This document shows, one piece after another, positions 63,661 through 64,000 of a DNA stretch of 64,000 nucleotides. Location: the NCBI GenBank assembly GCA_965205645.1, contig OZ242172.1:576122-640121 (forward strand). The letters run 5' to 3'. The translations under genes and the position numbers were made by a program. This DNA comes from Bdellovibrionales bacterium (lineage in GTDB: Bacteria > Bdellovibrionota > Bdellovibrionia > Bdellovibrionales > UBA1609). The notes beneath the pieces are model-generated. The model searched no databases. It saw only the letters and a program-made list of their open reading frames with translations, and was not told the origin of the DNA. Each line of letters opens with the position of its first letter. Position 1 is the stretch's first letter.

Positions 63661-64000
63661 TTGTCTGTCTACTTTCAATGGCTACAAAAATATAAAGGTA
63701 GCTTTAAGTCTATTTTATTTTTAGGCCTGACTGGTTTATTGCTTATAGTTTTTATTTCTCAGAAGCAAAACTATCGGGAAATAATCAGTCAGGAAGTGCG
63801 TGAAAAATTTAAGGCAGAATTGCAATCAATACCTTTACCAGATTTTAAAGAACAACTGGGTTTTGAAGTTACAAAAGAGCTAGCGAATTTAGGACGAATG
63901 TTATTTAACGATCCGGTGCTTTCCAGAAACAATGATGTTTCCTGCGCTACCTGTCACTTAAGCAACCATGGTTTTGCAGATGGTAACCGATTAAATTTTG
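63661..64000 (+). CDS. Di-haem cytochrome c peroxidase (partial, N-terminal part only; start uncertain)
   Basis: My frame-1 translation gives ...LGRMLFNDPVLSRNNDVSCATCHLSNHGFADGNRLNF, the typical CCP/MauG first haem site (CxxCH), preceded by a TM/signal segment. TTG start candidates at 63649 and 63661. Confidence 0.7.
   Translation, partial: MSVYFQWLQKYKGSFKSILFLGLTGLLLIVFISQKQNYREIISQEVREKFKAELQSIPLPDFKEQLGFEVTKELANLGRMLFNDPVLSRNNDVSCATCHLSNHGFADGNRLNF

Noticed and set aside
63079-63678. 199-aa minus-strand ORF with repeated TALDFTALGS peptide.
   Set aside because: It is antisense to the sodC tail repeats. The sense frame is continuous with a bona fide SodC domain and an SD-ATG start, so the antisense ORF is most likely spurious.

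Overview
AT-rich Gram-negative chromosomal segment. The gene content (Tad/FHA genes, a split atpI-B-E operon, GspCD, a sigma-54 activator) suggests a Bdellovibrionota/Oligoflexia-like organism, but that is only a weak inference. About 55 genes are supported. Housekeeping genes are proC, divIVA, pdxJ, pstSCA, an nfu-like gene, sufS, sufD, atpI/B/E, phosphomannomutase, pdxA, a surA-like gene, nhaA, a plsC-like gene, serA, a sigma-54 activator, xerC/D, enoyl-CoA hydratase, a carboxyltransferase subunit, rnhA, pyrF, proS, an aldehyde dehydrogenase, gspC/gspD, sodC and a cytochrome c peroxidase fragment, plus RNase P RNA and tRNA-Arg(UCU). Four things are not ordinary. (1) Two families of miniature repeats are interspersed across the window. 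Family A is GC-rich, 65-85 bp, ends in a C5-6/G5-6 palindrome, and has about 19 full or partial copies at 15 loci. Family B is a 100-118 bp hairpin whose outer stem differs between copies but stays self-complementary. A-copies lie in frame inside sufD, the phosphomannomutase gene and xerC, always giving the same KHDLQDSDNNVNEAAAK-type peptide, and one copy supplies the C-terminus and stop codon of an enoyl-CoA hydratase. (2) Eight paralogous Cys-rich, acidic, secreted or lipoprotein genes of unknown function sit in two clusters. One of them is a chimera carrying a duplicated pstS promoter and signal peptide next to scrambled pdxJ fragments. (3) A 1.4 kb two-gene cassette (small ORF plus Clp-fold SDH-type serine protease) is bracketed by a 23-bp direct repeat that duplicates a host gene's 3' end. 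(4) Smaller items: a pair of very large Cys-rich proteins with PilX-like N-termini, a three-gene FHA operon with a TadC-like gene, an AT-rich type II R-M island, and several tandem duplications.
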